This document shows positions 1 to 8,372 of a stretch of 64,000 nt of DNA, in pieces. Numbering within the stretch: position 1 is the stretch's first letter; each line of letters starts with the position of its first letter. The notes below the pieces were generated by a model. It had not been told where the DNA came from and did no database searches. It was given only the letters and a program-made list of their open reading frames with translations. The stretch comes from Bacteroidales bacterium (GTDB taxonomy: Bacteria; Bacteroidota; Bacteroidia; Bacteroidales; P3): positions 114 to 64,113 of the forward strand of contig JAFUWF010000005.1 of assembly GCA_017483575.1 (NCBI GenBank). Reading direction: 5' to 3'. A program made the translations under genes and the position numbers.

Positions 1-28
1 ATATTTTAATTTATAGAACACTCCTTAT

Positions 29-1048
29 ATGGACGGGACGATGATATACTCTGCGGGCGGCGACACGCTGATTTCTGCCCACAAGAGCGCCGATTCCGTC
101 TTTCTGCCGAATACTCTGCGTGTGGTCAACGGATTTGGCGGCAACAGCAATGTCCGCTACGTACACGTCCCCGACGGAGTGACCACCATTGGCACCGAAG
201 CGTTCAACGGCAGCTCGCTGGTGAGCATCGACTTGCCGAGCCATCTGGACTTCATCGACGAATATGCATTCTACTACTGCCAGTCGCTGACCCGCGTCGG
301 CATGCCTGCCACCCTCGACACGATGGGGGAAGGCTGTTTCCACAGCTGCGACCATCTGACATCGATCGACATACCCAGCGGTCTGCGCATCATCCCCGAA
401 GCGGCTTTCTTCATGTGCACCTCCTTGTCGAACATTACTTGGGGCGATGCCGTCGAGGTTATTGACACTTGCGCCTTTGGCGACTGCTCATTCACGGAAC
501 TGACGCTGCCTCAAACGCTGCGAGTCGTCAAGAATACTGCTTTTATCGGCGACTACAACGGAAGACTGAACAAGGTGGTCTTCTCCGCCCCTGTCGACAC
601 CATCGAGATGGATGCCTTCTACAGCCAGTCCCTTTCATCGCTTTGGCTGCATAACAGCCAGCCACCTGTCACCACCGACGACGGCTGTCTGGATGGTGCC
701 GTTGTGGACAGTATCTTCATTCCCTGCGGCAGTCTCAACGCATGGCTGGCTGACGACTATTGGGGGCAATTCGCCGACAAATACCACGAGGACTGCAACG
801 GCATCGACGATGCTGCAACGTTGAAGGTGTACGTATATCCCAACCCTGCATCGGACAGGCTGACGGTCAACGGAGTGGAAGGGAATGGTACGGCCGAACT
901 GGTCAATACCCTTGGACAGCCTGTGCTGAAACGCGAGCTTGTAGGCGGCAGGGGTGATATTGAAGTCGGCACTCTTGCCCGCGGGGCCTATTTCCTGCGC
1001 GTCCACACCAATGATGGCGTTGTGACAAGGAAAGTGATATTGCGGTAG
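29..1048 (+). CDS. BspA-type leucine-rich-repeat surface protein with T9SS C-terminal sorting domain; possibly 5'-truncated
   Basis: Repeated LRR_5-like units (TIGxxAFxxCxxLxSIxIP). The last ~75 aa (YVYPNPASDRLTVNG...GAYFLRVHT...RKVILR) match the T9SS type A CTD pattern. No signal peptide; in-frame stop at 14-16. Confidence 0.7.
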   Translation: MDGTMIYSAGGDTLISAHKSADSVFLPNTLRVVNGFGGNSNVRYVHVPDGVTTIGTEAFNGSSLVSIDLPSHLDFIDEYAFYYCQSLTRVGMPATLDTMGEGCFHSCDHLTSIDIPSGLRIIPEAAFFMCTSLSNITWGDAVEVIDTCAFGDCSFTELTLPQTLRVVKNTAFIGDYNGRLNKVVFSAPVDTIEMDAFYSQSLSSLWLHNSQPPVTTDDGCLDGAVVDSIFIPCGSLNAWLADDYWGQFADKYHEDCNGIDDAATLKVYVYPNPASDRLTVNGVEGNGTAELVNTLGQPVLKRELVGGRGDIEVGTLARGAYFLRVHTNDGVVTRKVILR

Positions 1049-1145
1049 AGACCGAAAGACAATCTCTTTCCAGGCGACACGGCGGCGTCAAAGAAGATAT
1101 CTACGTAAAAAAAACTTCAAAAGGTTTTAATTCGAAAAAAAGTTG

Positions 1146-1153
1146 TATCTTTG
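1146..1153 (+). promoter_or_regulatory. Bacteroidota sigma-A -7 box (TATCTTTG)
   Basis: TAnnTTTG motif ~23 nt upstream of the ATG at 1176. Confidence 0.5.
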
Positions 1154-1175
1154 CATTTTGAAAAATAGATTTGAT

Positions 1176-1433
1176 ATGCCAGAAATAAGCAAATTTTACG
1201 GGATACTGATTTACATGTATATCGATGACCACAACCCACCTCATTTCCATGTGATTTACGAAGGGGATGAGGCTATGATCGACATCAAGGACGGACATAT
1301 TACCGGCTCTCTTCCGCGAAGAGCCCTCCGTCTTGTTTATGAATGGCTTGACCTGCACAAGGAAGAACTTCTTGAGAATTGGGACCAACTGAAAAACAGC
1401 GGTGCAATAAAGAAGATAGAACCTCTTAAATAG
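1176..1433 (+). CDS. DUF4160-family small protein
   Basis: MPEISKFYGILIYMYIDDHNPPHFHVIYEG is the characteristic DUF4160 N-terminus. The ATG at 1176 lies inside track ORF 1143-1433. Local GC is well below the neighbours. Confidence 0.7.
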   Translation: MPEISKFYGILIYMYIDDHNPPHFHVIYEGDEAMIDIKDGHITGSLPRRALRLVYEWLDLHKEELLENWDQLKNSGAIKKIEPLK

Positions 1434-1439
1434 TATGCC

Positions 1440-1691
1440 ATGAACAATGTGTTTTTTTTGAAAGTCATATCTGCCGAGTATGTCCGCGACTATATCCTTA
1501 AACTCACTTTCAATGACGGTGCAGTGAAAACGGTGGACTTTACGCCACTGATGCAGAAGGGAATCTGTCGCAAGCTACAGGACATGGACTATTTCCGCAA
1601 TTTCACGCTCGACCCTTTCACTGTCGACTGGAACAATGAAATCGGTTTTGCACCGGAATCCCTTTATGAGCGCGGCATTGCCGTTGCATGA
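1440..1691 (+). CDS. DUF2442-family small protein
   Basis: 83 aa ORF 6 nt after the DUF4160 gene. The sequence (ISAEYVRDYILKLTFNDGAVKTVDF...) is typical of DUF2442, the usual partner of DUF4160. Confidence 0.65.
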   Translation: MNNVFFLKVISAEYVRDYILKLTFNDGAVKTVDFTPLMQKGICRKLQDMDYFRNFTLDPFTVDWNNEIGFAPESLYERGIAVA

Positions 1692-1728
1692 CAGATGCAG
1701 ACTATAAAGTTTTTAAGGAAACAAAAAT

Positions 1729-2481
1729 ATGGAAAAGAATGCAATTGATGTGATGCTGGAGCATCGTTCGATAAGGAAATTCAAGGCGGAACGCGTGGAG
1801 CGCGAGCTGCTGGAGGAGATAGTGGAGTGCGGGCTGCGGGCCTCGAACACGGGGAATATGCAGCTCTATTCGGTCATTGCCACCGAGGAGGAGCCCCTGC
1901 GCACGGAGCTGTGCGGGCTGCACTTCGGACAGTGCGCCACGGCGCCGCTGTGGCTGACGGTGTGCGTGGACGTGAACCGCTACCACCACTACTGCCGCGT
2001 CAACGGCTGCGACGAGCCCTACGGCAACCTGCTGTGGCTGCTTTCGGGCCTGGTGGATGCCAGTCTCTTCGCGCAGAACCTCTGCGTGGCCGCCGAGGCG
2101 CGAGGCTTGGGCTTCTGCTACCTGGGCACGGTGATGTACAACACCGCCAAGATTGCGGAGCTGCTGAAGTGCCCGAAAGGTGTGGTGCCGGTGATAGCGC
2201 TGGCCATGGGCCACCCCGACGAGGAGGGCCGCAGGAGCGAGCGGCTGGGCTGCGACGCCGTGCTGCACAGCGAGGTCTACCACGACCCCTCGGACGAGGA
2301 CATCGTCCGCACCCACGCCGTGCGCGACAACGACCCCTTCAACCAACAGATGGTGAAGGAGAACGGCACCCGCAACTACTGCGAAATTTTCACCACCAAA
2401 CGCTATCCGCGCGAGGCCAACGAGGCCATCAGCGGGGAGATGAAAAAGTACCTCGAAGAGAATTTTTTTGCCACATTATAA
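1729..2481 (+). CDS. Nitroreductase-family NAD(P)H oxidoreductase
   Basis: N-terminal HRSIRKFK...ASNTGNMQ motif typical of the nitroreductase fold; 250 aa. Confidence 0.8.
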   Translation: MEKNAIDVMLEHRSIRKFKAERVERELLEEIVECGLRASNTGNMQLYSVIATEEEPLRTELCGLHFGQCATAPLWLTVCVDVNRYHHYCRVNGCDEPYGNLLWLLSGLVDASLFAQNLCVAAEARGLGFCYLGTVMYNTAKIAELLKCPKGVVPVIALAMGHPDEEGRRSERLGCDAVLHSEVYHDPSDEDIVRTHAVRDNDPFNQQMVKENGTRNYCEIFTTKRYPREANEAISGEMKKYLEENFFATL

Positions 2482-2489
2482 AAAATGCG

Positions 2490-2497
2490 TATCTTTG
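2490..2497 (+). promoter_or_regulatory. -7 promoter box (TATCTTTG)
   Basis: TAnnTTTG motif 23 nt upstream of the ATG at 2520. Confidence 0.5.
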
Positions 2498-2519
2498 CAT
2501 TTTAAAATGAACGATAACT

Positions 2520-4391
2520 ATGGCAGAAATTACACGCACCTTCGACCTGCTGGACCACCTTGTGGAGCAGTATCCAAAGGACGATATACTGGCCGGAAAA
2601 GTGAACGGCGAGTGGGTGAAATACAGCTCGCACGACTACTATAAATTCGCCCACTACCTGGCCTACGGCCTGTGCGAAATGGGCATCAAGCAGGGCGACC
2701 GTGTGGTGACCATGAGCGGCAACTGCCCGGAGTGGAACTTCATCGACATGGCGCTGGCCATGAGCGGCATCGTGCATGTGCCCATCTATCCGACGCTGAA
2801 CACGGAGAGCTATGTCCACATCCTGCGCCACAGCGAGGCGACGGCGGTGATGGTGAGCACCAAGGTGTTGCTGAACCGCATCCGTCCTGCGCTGGAGCAG
2901 GTGGAGCCACGCCCGCAGGTCTACACCCTGTCGAACATCGAGGGCGAGCACCGCACGCTGGAAATCCTGAAGCTGGGCATTGCCAACCGCGACAAGTGGA
3001 TGGGCGAGATAGAGCGTCGGAAACGCGAAATCAAGCCCGACGACTGGACGTCGATGATCTACACCAGCGGCACGACGGGCCTGCCGAAGGGCGTCATGCT
3101 GAGCCACCGCAACCTGTGCAGCAATTTCCTGGCCCACGCGCAGGTGAGTCCCTGCAACAGCAGTCACCGTGCGCTGAGTTTCCTGCCGCTGAACCACATC
3201 TACGAGCGCTCGATGAACTACCACTGCCAGTACAACGGTCTGAGCATCTACTACGCCGAGAGCCTGGGCACCATACAGCAGAACATGCAGGAAATCCAGG
3301 GCGACTTCTTCTGCGCCGTGCCCCGCGTGCTGGAGATGGTGTACGACAAGCTCTATGCCGCCGGCAAGGACTTCTCGGGCATCAAGAAGAAAATCTACGA
3401 CTGGGCCTTCAGCCACGGTCGCCGCTACGACTACAGCGGACTGCGCAAGTTCTCGCCGCTGTACCAAATCAACCAGAAGATACTGGACCGCCTGGTGTAC
3501 AGCCATTGGCGCGAGAAATTCGGCGGCCACCGCCTGACGGTGGTCACCGGCGGCAGCTCCATCCAGCCCGAGATGGTGCGTCTCTTCGCCGCCGCGGGCA
3601 TCAACATCTACGAAGGCTACGGCATGAGCGAGACGTCGCCCGTCATCGCCGTCAACGACCCCGCGCACCACCTGGTGAAGATTGGCACCGTGGGGCCCGT
3701 GCTGAGCGGCGTGGAGATGAAGTTCGCCGACGACGGCGAGATTCTTACGCGCGGACCGCACATCATGCTGGGCTACTACAAAGACCCCGAATACACGGCC
3801 GAAGTCATCGACAAGGACGGCTGGCTCCACACGGGCGACATCGGCACCCTCGTTGCCGGACGCTACCTGAAAATCACCGACCGCAAGAAGGACATCTTCA
3901 AGCTCTCGGCAGGCAAATATGTGGCGCCGCAGCTGATAGAGAACATGCTGCGCGGCTCGGAATACATCGAGCAGGTGATGATTATCGGAGAGAACGAGAA
4001 GCAGGTGGCCGCCATCATCAGCCCCAACTTCAACACGCTGCACTACTGGGCGTTGAAGTACAAGCTGCACTACCGCGACAACGCCGAGCTCATAGCCCTG
4101 TCCAAGACGCAGGAGAAGTTCCGCAAGGTACTCGACGAGTTCAACAAGGAGCTGGCACCGCACGAGCAGGTGAAGCAGTTCCGCCTGGTGACCGACGACT
4201 GGAACCCCACCAACGGGCTCCTCTCCCCCACCCTGAAGCTGCGCCGCGCTCCGCTGATGGAGAAATACAAGGACCTGGTCAACGACATCTACGGCAAGGA
4301 GAAAGCCTCCACCAACGCTTTCTTCTCGGCCTTCAAGTCCGTGGAGCTGCCCACCATCACCATGCCCTGGCAAAAGAAAAACGAAAAATGA
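2520..4391 (+). CDS. Long-chain-fatty-acid--CoA ligase (AMP-forming acyl-CoA synthetase)
   Basis: AMP-binding signature YTSGTTGLPKGVMLSHRN, later GYGMSETS and TGDIG...ITDRKKDIFK motifs; 623 aa. Confidence 0.85.
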   Translation: MAEITRTFDLLDHLVEQYPKDDILAGKVNGEWVKYSSHDYYKFAHYLAYGLCEMGIKQGDRVVTMSGNCPEWNFIDMALAMSGIVHVPIYPTLNTESYVHILRHSEATAVMVSTKVLLNRIRPALEQVEPRPQVYTLSNIEGEHRTLEILKLGIANRDKWMGEIERRKREIKPDDWTSMIYTSGTTGLPKGVMLSHRNLCSNFLAHAQVSPCNSSHRALSFLPLNHIYERSMNYHCQYNGLSIYYAESLGTIQQNMQEIQGDFFCAVPRVLEMVYDKLYAAGKDFSGIKKKIYDWAFSHGRRYDYSGLRKFSPLYQINQKILDRLVYSHWREKFGGHRLTVVTGGSSIQPEMVRLFAAAGINIYEGYGMSETSPVIAVNDPAHHLVKIGTVGPVLSGVEMKFADDGEILTRGPHIMLGYYKDPEYTAEVIDKDGWLHTGDIGTLVAGRYLKITDRKKDIFKLSAGKYVAPQLIENMLRGSEYIEQVMIIGENEKQVAAIISPNFNTLHYWALKYKLHYRDNAELIALSKTQEKFRKVLDEFNKELAPHEQVKQFRLVTDDWNPTNGLLSPTLKLRRAPLMEKYKDLVNDIYGKEKASTNAFFSAFKSVELPTITMPWQKKNEK

Positions 4392-5182
4392 AAAACAGGA
4401 ACCACCTTTTATTGATAGCCCTACTGGTATCGCTGGTGCTGACCGGGTGCAAGGCCGAGCAGCGCTACCTCTATGTGGAGGATGCGCCGCACAACACACC
4501 CATCCCCATCAGCAACAACTACGACGCCACCATCTACCCCAACGACCTGCTGTACATCTACGTCAGCAGCCAGTCGCCCGAGAGCGTGAAACGCTTCAAC
4601 CAGGAGACCAACACCACACAGACCGTCCGCGACAAGAGCCAACTGAGGGGCTACACGGTGTCGCAGAGCGGCCACATCATATTCCCGATTCTGGGCCGCA
4701 TCGAAGTCGCCGGGCAGACCCGCTCGCAGCTGGAGCGGCGTCTGGAGTCCATGCTCATCGAGGGTGGCTACGTCACCGACCCCGTGGTGACGGTGAACCT
4801 GATGAACTTCCACGTGACCGTGATTGGCGAAGTGCAGCATCCGCGGGTGGTCCTTGCCGACGGCAGCCGTCTGACCATCTTCGAGGCCCTGGCCCAATGC
4901 GGCGACATCACCATCGACGGCCTGAGGACCAACGTCGTCGTGGTGCGCAGCGGTGTGAACACCCAGACCGTGGACACCATCGACCTCACCCGCAAGGAGA
5001 TTTTCTCCTCGCCCTACTACTACCTGCAGCAGAACGACATCATCTTCGTGGAACCCACGGAAAAGAAGAAACGCACCGCCTGGCGCAACGAGGACTGGCC
5101 CAAGTACCTCAACATCGGTGTGCAGTCGCTCCGCGTGGCCTATACCACCATCTACTACATCCAATACGCCAACAAAAAGTAG
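4388..5182 (+). CDS. Polysaccharide export outer-membrane lipoprotein (Wza/BexD-like)
   Basis: The ATG at 4388 overlaps the upstream stop (ATGA). Lipobox LVLTGC. Poly_export-like core (IYPNDLLYIYV...GHIIFPILGRIEVAGQT...TVNLMNFHVTVIGEV). Only the last 265 codons of track ORF 2672-5182 are used. Confidence 0.75.
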   Translation: MKNRNHLLLIALLVSLVLTGCKAEQRYLYVEDAPHNTPIPISNNYDATIYPNDLLYIYVSSQSPESVKRFNQETNTTQTVRDKSQLRGYTVSQSGHIIFPILGRIEVAGQTRSQLERRLESMLIEGGYVTDPVVTVNLMNFHVTVIGEVQHPRVVLADGSRLTIFEALAQCGDITIDGLRTNVVVVRSGVNTQTVDTIDLTRKEIFSSPYYYLQQNDIIFVEPTEKKKRTAWRNEDWPKYLNIGVQSLRVAYTTIYYIQYANKK

Positions 5183-5255
5183 CTCCCGCGGTGCGATATT
5201 GCTTCTTAGTATCAGGCAGATAGAAAATAAATTTGGCCACTTCGTGAAAAAGTCG

Positions 5256-5263
5256 TATCTTTG
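5256..5263 (+). promoter_or_regulatory. -7 box (TATCTTTG) with upstream TTTG, promoter of tRNA-Gln
   Basis: ATTTGGCCAC-N-GTCGTATCTTTGCA cassette ends ~25 nt before the tRNA 5' end. A near-identical cassette occurs at 60270-60305. Confidence 0.55.
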
Positions 5264-5288
5264 CAGCCGATTTTTTGCAGAAAAAGAT

Positions 5289-5359
5289 TGTCCTATGGTG
5301 TAATGGTAGCACATCAGATTTTGGTTCTGCTTGTCTAGGTTCGAATCCTGGTAGGACAA
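5289..5359 (+). tRNA. tRNA-Gln (anticodon UUG)
   Basis: Hand-folded cloverleaf. Acceptor stem 5289-5295/5352-5358 has 7 perfect bp. D stem is 5298-5301/5309-5312 with GG in the loop. Anticodon loop TTTTGGT has TTG at positions 34-36. T arm is CTAGG-TTCGAAT-CCTGG. Confidence 0.85.
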
Positions 5360-5368
5360 CCTCTCGAG

Positions 5369-5398
5369 AGACGCTCCCAACGGAGCGTCTTTTTTTTT
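5369..5398 (+). terminator. Rho-independent terminator after tRNA-Gln
   Basis: AGACGCTCC-CAAC-GGAGCGTCT hairpin followed by a T8 run. Confidence 0.7.
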
Positions 5399-5439
5399 AT
5401 TTTCTCTCAACACAACATCATTTAAAAAAAAGTATCGCT

Positions 5440-6393
5440 ATGAGAACCCAAAGTATCTCCACCCGCGCGGTCATCCCCTCTCCCACCCCATTGTCCGCGG
5501 GTCCCAACCCCTACCTGCGCACCGTCGCCCTGCAGCGGCAGGTCTCGCACCGCGAAAACTCTCAGAACATCTGCCGCACCCTCCTCATCCACCTCTGCAA
5601 CTACGCCGGCCACGAAGTGAGGCTCCGGGAACTCACGGAGTCCTTCATCCGCCGTTTCGCCACCCATCTGCTCCGCGACACGCCGCTGCAACCCAACAGT
5701 GTGCGCACCTACCTGCAGAAGCTCCATGCCATCCTGGAGGAGGCCGTGCGGCAACGCCTGCTGCCCTACAACCCCATGCCCTTCATCGGCACCCTGGTGC
5801 CCCACGATGCCGGTCCCTCGCGTGCCTTCCTCACCACCGCGGAGATCCTCCTGCTGGCCCGCACCCCCTGCCGCCACCCCGCCGTCCGCCGGGCCTTCCT
5901 CTTCGCCTGCTTCACGGGCCTGCGCCTCTCCGACATCGAAACCCAGCGGTGGGAGCACCTGCACACCGTTGCCGGGGTCCCCACCATCGTCAAGCTGCAG
6001 AAGAAAACCCGTACCGAGATCCGCATCCCCCTCAACCGCGAAGCCCAGCGACTGCTGGACGAGGAGCCGCGCCGCGAAGGGGGCCCCGTCTTCTGCCTGC
6101 CCTCGCGCTCCACCATCGCCGCGGACCTCACCCTCTGGTCCGCCGCGGCAGCCCTGGGCAAACACCTCACCTTCCATGTCTCGCGCCACACCTTCGCCAC
6201 CCTCCTGCTCACCGCCGGCGTAGGCATCTACACCGTCAGCCGCCTCTGCGGCCACCGCAACATCCGCACCACCGAGATCTACGCCCACATCATCGACAGC
6301 ACCCTCCAGGACGGCGTGGCGCGCGTCAGCACCCTCTTCGACCAGCGCCGTCCCCCTCATCCCGACACAATATTTCTTCCCCCTTCACAATAA
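5440..6393 (+). CDS. Tyrosine-type site-specific recombinase/integrase (short, 317 aa)
   Basis: C-terminal catalytic region GLRLSD...HVSRHTFATLLL...GHRNIRTTEIYAH carries the R-H-R-Y signature. The ATG at 5440 lies inside track ORF 5275-6393. It sits 80 nt downstream of tRNA-Gln. Confidence 0.85.
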   Translation: MRTQSISTRAVIPSPTPLSAGPNPYLRTVALQRQVSHRENSQNICRTLLIHLCNYAGHEVRLRELTESFIRRFATHLLRDTPLQPNSVRTYLQKLHAILEEAVRQRLLPYNPMPFIGTLVPHDAGPSRAFLTTAEILLLARTPCRHPAVRRAFLFACFTGLRLSDIETQRWEHLHTVAGVPTIVKLQKKTRTEIRIPLNREAQRLLDEEPRREGGPVFCLPSRSTIAADLTLWSAAAALGKHLTFHVSRHTFATLLLTAGVGIYTVSRLCGHRNIRTTEIYAHIIDSTLQDGVARVSTLFDQRRPPHPDTIFLPPSQ

Positions 6394-6420
6394 AACCGCA
6401 ACGCCTGCGTTATAGAGGAC

Positions 6421-7437
6421 ATGAAGAACAACAAAGTCCTAATCGTATACACCGGCGGCACCATAGGTATGGTGCAGGATGAGAACGGTTCGCTCCACCC
6501 CTTCGCCCTCGACCGCATATACGACGCTGTGCCTCAGCTCAAGAGCTGCCAGTACGGCATCGATTCCGTCACCCTCGACAACATCATCGACTCCTCCAAC
6601 ATGACGCCGTCGCTGTGGGTGGACATCGCCAGCATCATCGAACGGGAATACGACCGCTACGACGGTTTCGTCGTCCTCCACGGCACCGACACCATGGCCT
6701 ACACCGCCTCGGCCCTGAGCTTCATGTTCAAGAACCTCGCCAAGCCCATCGTCCTCACCGGCAGCCAGCTGCCCCTGGGCATGCTGCGCAGCGACGGCCG
6801 CGAGAACATCATCTGCGCCCTCGAGATAGCCTCCACGCAGCAATGCACCATCCCCGAGGTCTGCATCTTCTTCGAGAACCACCTCTACCGCGGCAACCGC
6901 AGCACCAAGATGAGCGCCGCCAACTTCGACGCCTTCGAGACCTACAACTACCCCTCCCTGGCCAAAGCCGGCATCAACATCGCCTTCCGCGAGCACCTCT
7001 TCCTCCCCATGCCCACGGAGCCCCTGGTGGTGCGCAAGCAGTTCGACACCCGCGTGGCCATCCTCAAGCTCTTCCCCGGCATAGGCCCCGACGTGGTCAA
7101 CGCCGTCCTCGGCACTCCCAACCTCCAGGGCGTCGTCATCGAGACCTACGGCTCCGGCAACGCCCCCACGGACTCGTGGTTCATCTCCGCCCTCGAGGAG
7201 GCTATCCGGCGCGGCATCATCGTCATGAACGTCACCCAGTGCAAGGCCGGTTCCGTCGTCATGCGCCAGTATGCCGCCAGCTGCGACATGGACCGCATCG
7301 GCGTCATCGGCGGCGGCGACATCACCATCGAGGCCGCCATCACCAAGCTCATGTTCCTCCTCGGCAACTTCCCCCAGAACAAGGACCACGTCCGCCAGCG
7401 CCTCAGCCAGTCGCTCCGCGGCGAAATCAGCGAATAA
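6421..7437 (+). CDS. ansA: L-asparaginase, type I (cytoplasmic)
   Basis: N-terminal VLIVYTGGTIGM active-site motif, HGTDTM, GSQ(L)P; 338 aa. Confidence 0.85.
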   Translation: MKNNKVLIVYTGGTIGMVQDENGSLHPFALDRIYDAVPQLKSCQYGIDSVTLDNIIDSSNMTPSLWVDIASIIEREYDRYDGFVVLHGTDTMAYTASALSFMFKNLAKPIVLTGSQLPLGMLRSDGRENIICALEIASTQQCTIPEVCIFFENHLYRGNRSTKMSAANFDAFETYNYPSLAKAGINIAFREHLFLPMPTEPLVVRKQFDTRVAILKLFPGIGPDVVNAVLGTPNLQGVVIETYGSGNAPTDSWFISALEEAIRRGIIVMNVTQCKAGSVVMRQYAASCDMDRIGVIGGGDITIEAAITKLMFLLGNFPQNKDHVRQRLSQSLRGEISE

Positions 7438-7441
7438 CACC

Positions 7442-8158
7442 ATGCGGCGAATAGGACTTATAGGACTCCTAGGACTTATAGGACTTATTTGCCCTGAAGC
7501 CCATGCCCAGGTGGGCAACCTCGGCAAATTCGACAGCAAGCTGCTGCACTGGGGCATACAGGTGGGCTACACCCACTCCAAGTTCGACCTCGAATACAGC
7601 CACGACGACACCCTGCGCGAGACCCTCCAGGGCACCACCTCCTACTATGCCCCGGGCTTCCACATCGCCGTCATCGGCGACCTGCGCCTGGGCAACTGGT
7701 TCAACCTGCGCCTCCTGCCCGGCGTGACGCTCATCACGCGCGACGTCAACTACTCCTGGGAGCAGAACTACCTGTCCACGCACCACCTTGCCGAACAGAG
7801 CCGCAAGGTGGAATCCGTCTACGGCGACTTCCCCCTCGAAATCAAATTCCGCGCCATGCGCTGGGGCAACTTCCGCCCCTACCTCACCGCCGGCGTCTCC
7901 TACGGCTTCGACTTCGCCTCGCTGCGCAAGAATCGCAACCGCACCGACGAGAGCATCATACGCCTCGAACCCAACGACCTGCGCTACACCATGGGCCTGG
8001 GCTTCGACGTTTTCCTGCGATACGTGAAGTTCGCCATCGACATCAAGATGACCTTCGGACTCCTGGACCTCCGCGTCGAGGACCCCGACGTCTACATCCA
8101 GGCCTTCGAGCACCTGCACTCCCGCACCTTCATGCTCTCCTTCACCTTCGAAGGCTGA
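7442..8158 (+). CDS. Outer-membrane beta-barrel protein (OMP_b-brl_2 / PorT-like family, tentative)
   Basis: Signal peptide MRRIGLIGLLGLIGLICPEAHAQ. Alternating beta-strand pattern (FPLEIKFRAMRWGNFRPYLTAGVSYGFDF, YTMGLGFDVFLRYVKFAIDIKMTFGL). ATG at 7442 inside track ORF 7271-8158. Confidence 0.55.
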   Translation: MRRIGLIGLLGLIGLICPEAHAQVGNLGKFDSKLLHWGIQVGYTHSKFDLEYSHDDTLRETLQGTTSYYAPGFHIAVIGDLRLGNWFNLRLLPGVTLITRDVNYSWEQNYLSTHHLAEQSRKVESVYGDFPLEIKFRAMRWGNFRPYLTAGVSYGFDFASLRKNRNRTDESIIRLEPNDLRYTMGLGFDVFLRYVKFAIDIKMTFGLLDLRVEDPDVYIQAFEHLHSRTFMLSFTFEG

Positions 8159-8372
8159 TCGGCGAATGCTCTTCCGCCGGCAGATTCATCGTCGGCGAAT
8201 TGAGCGTCAGAAGATTAAGCGTCGGCGAATTATGCGAATTAAGCGAATTTTCTATACAATATCTCGTCAAATTCGCTTAATTCGCCGACATATATAATTC
8301 GCTTAATTCGCTTAATTCGCCGACATATATAATTCGCTTAATTCGCTCAATTCGCCGACATATATAATTCGC
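8159..8372. repeat. Composite inverted plus tandem repeat between convergent genes
   Basis: GTCGGCGAATT occurs three times on the left. AATTCGC(TTAATTCGC)nCGACATATAT occurs three times in tandem on the right, as the reverse complement of the left units. The last unit supplies the final codons and stop of the minus-strand gene ending at 8347. Confidence 0.8.

Noticed and set aside
2672-4387. Upstream 570 codons of the 836 aa plus-strand ORF 2672-5182
   Set aside because: This part is an out-of-frame shadow of the acyl-CoA ligase gene (Arg/Pro/Gly-rich). Only the portion from the ATG at 4388, which has a lipoprotein signal and a Wza-like domain, is credible.
2502-4499. 665 aa minus-strand ORF. 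Other long antisense ORFs occur at 12317-14131, 33012-35054, 57023-58816, 6439-7557, 5422-6360, 36313-37035, 37132-38748 and 39380-40516.
   Set aside because: Each lies opposite a gene with unambiguous catalytic motifs (acyl-CoA ligase, uvrB, rnr, lysS, ansA, integrase, TBDR, ABC ATPase). Their translations are Arg/Ala/Gly/His-rich with no motifs.
8159-8372. Possible CRISPR array (also considered for 53567-53645, 47887-47918 and 59432-59476)
   Set aside because: The repeat units are 8-35 bp and directly abutting, or separated by only about 13 bp. There are no unique spacers of CRISPR size and no cas genes in the window.
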